This document shows, one piece after another, positions 23,975 through 24,000 of a stretch of 24,000 nt of DNA. The DNA lies in contig NZ_LR134201.1 of NCBI RefSeq assembly GCF_900635955.1, positions 62,124 through 86,123 on the forward strand, given 5' to 3'. The position numbers and the translations under genes were made by a program. Source of the DNA: Cedecea lapagei (GTDB lineage Bacteria; Pseudomonadota; Gammaproteobacteria; Enterobacterales; Enterobacteriaceae). Position 1 is the first letter of the stretch. Every line of letters starts with the position of its first letter. The notes under the pieces are model-generated. The model worked only from the letters and a program-made list of their open reading frames with translations, was not told the origin of the DNA and made no database searches.

Positions 23975-24000
23975 TGCTGCATCCTCGCTAAAGTTTCATT

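Overview
This is a chromosomal segment of an enterobacterium. Gene order and protein sequences follow the E. coli/Salmonella backbone gor-rlmJ-prlC-rsmJ-uspA-uspB-pitA-yhiN. The genus cannot be fixed by eye. The G+C-rich backbone is interleaved with accessory material. (1) Left flank: a MocR/GabR-type regulator, a 546-aa orphan protein (HEPN-like Rx4H domain, one TM helix, ankyrin-like C-terminus), an omptin protease, a RimJ/RimL-type GNAT and a Kdo-hydroxylase-like gene, separated by AT-rich spacers. (2) A long-form PAP2 acid phosphatase sits between rlmJ and prlC. (3) A DUF559 nuclease-like ORF plus an inverted pair of G/C-rich REP-like palindromes lies where E. coli K-12 carries dtpB. (4) Right flank: a lower-G+C islet (LysR regulator, divergent phosphinothricin-acetyltransferase-like GNAT, translationally abutting MFS transporter, tam), then a DeoR regulator convergent with an Hpt-like phosphoribosyltransferase plus Cof-type HAD phosphatase operon that appears to continue past the right edge. 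I saw no rRNA, tRNA, CRISPR array, transposase or integrase. Regulatory signals readable by eye are a sigma32-type promoter before prlC, a perfect PhoP-box direct repeat before the Kdo-hydroxylase-like gene, a Pho-box-like repeat before the phosphatase, a repeated CTGTAT motif in the MocR divergent promoter, and several clean bidirectional terminators. The best candidate for an undescribed function is the membrane-anchored HEPN-like protein at 1832-3472. All homology statements come from recognition by eye and need profile or structure searches to confirm.
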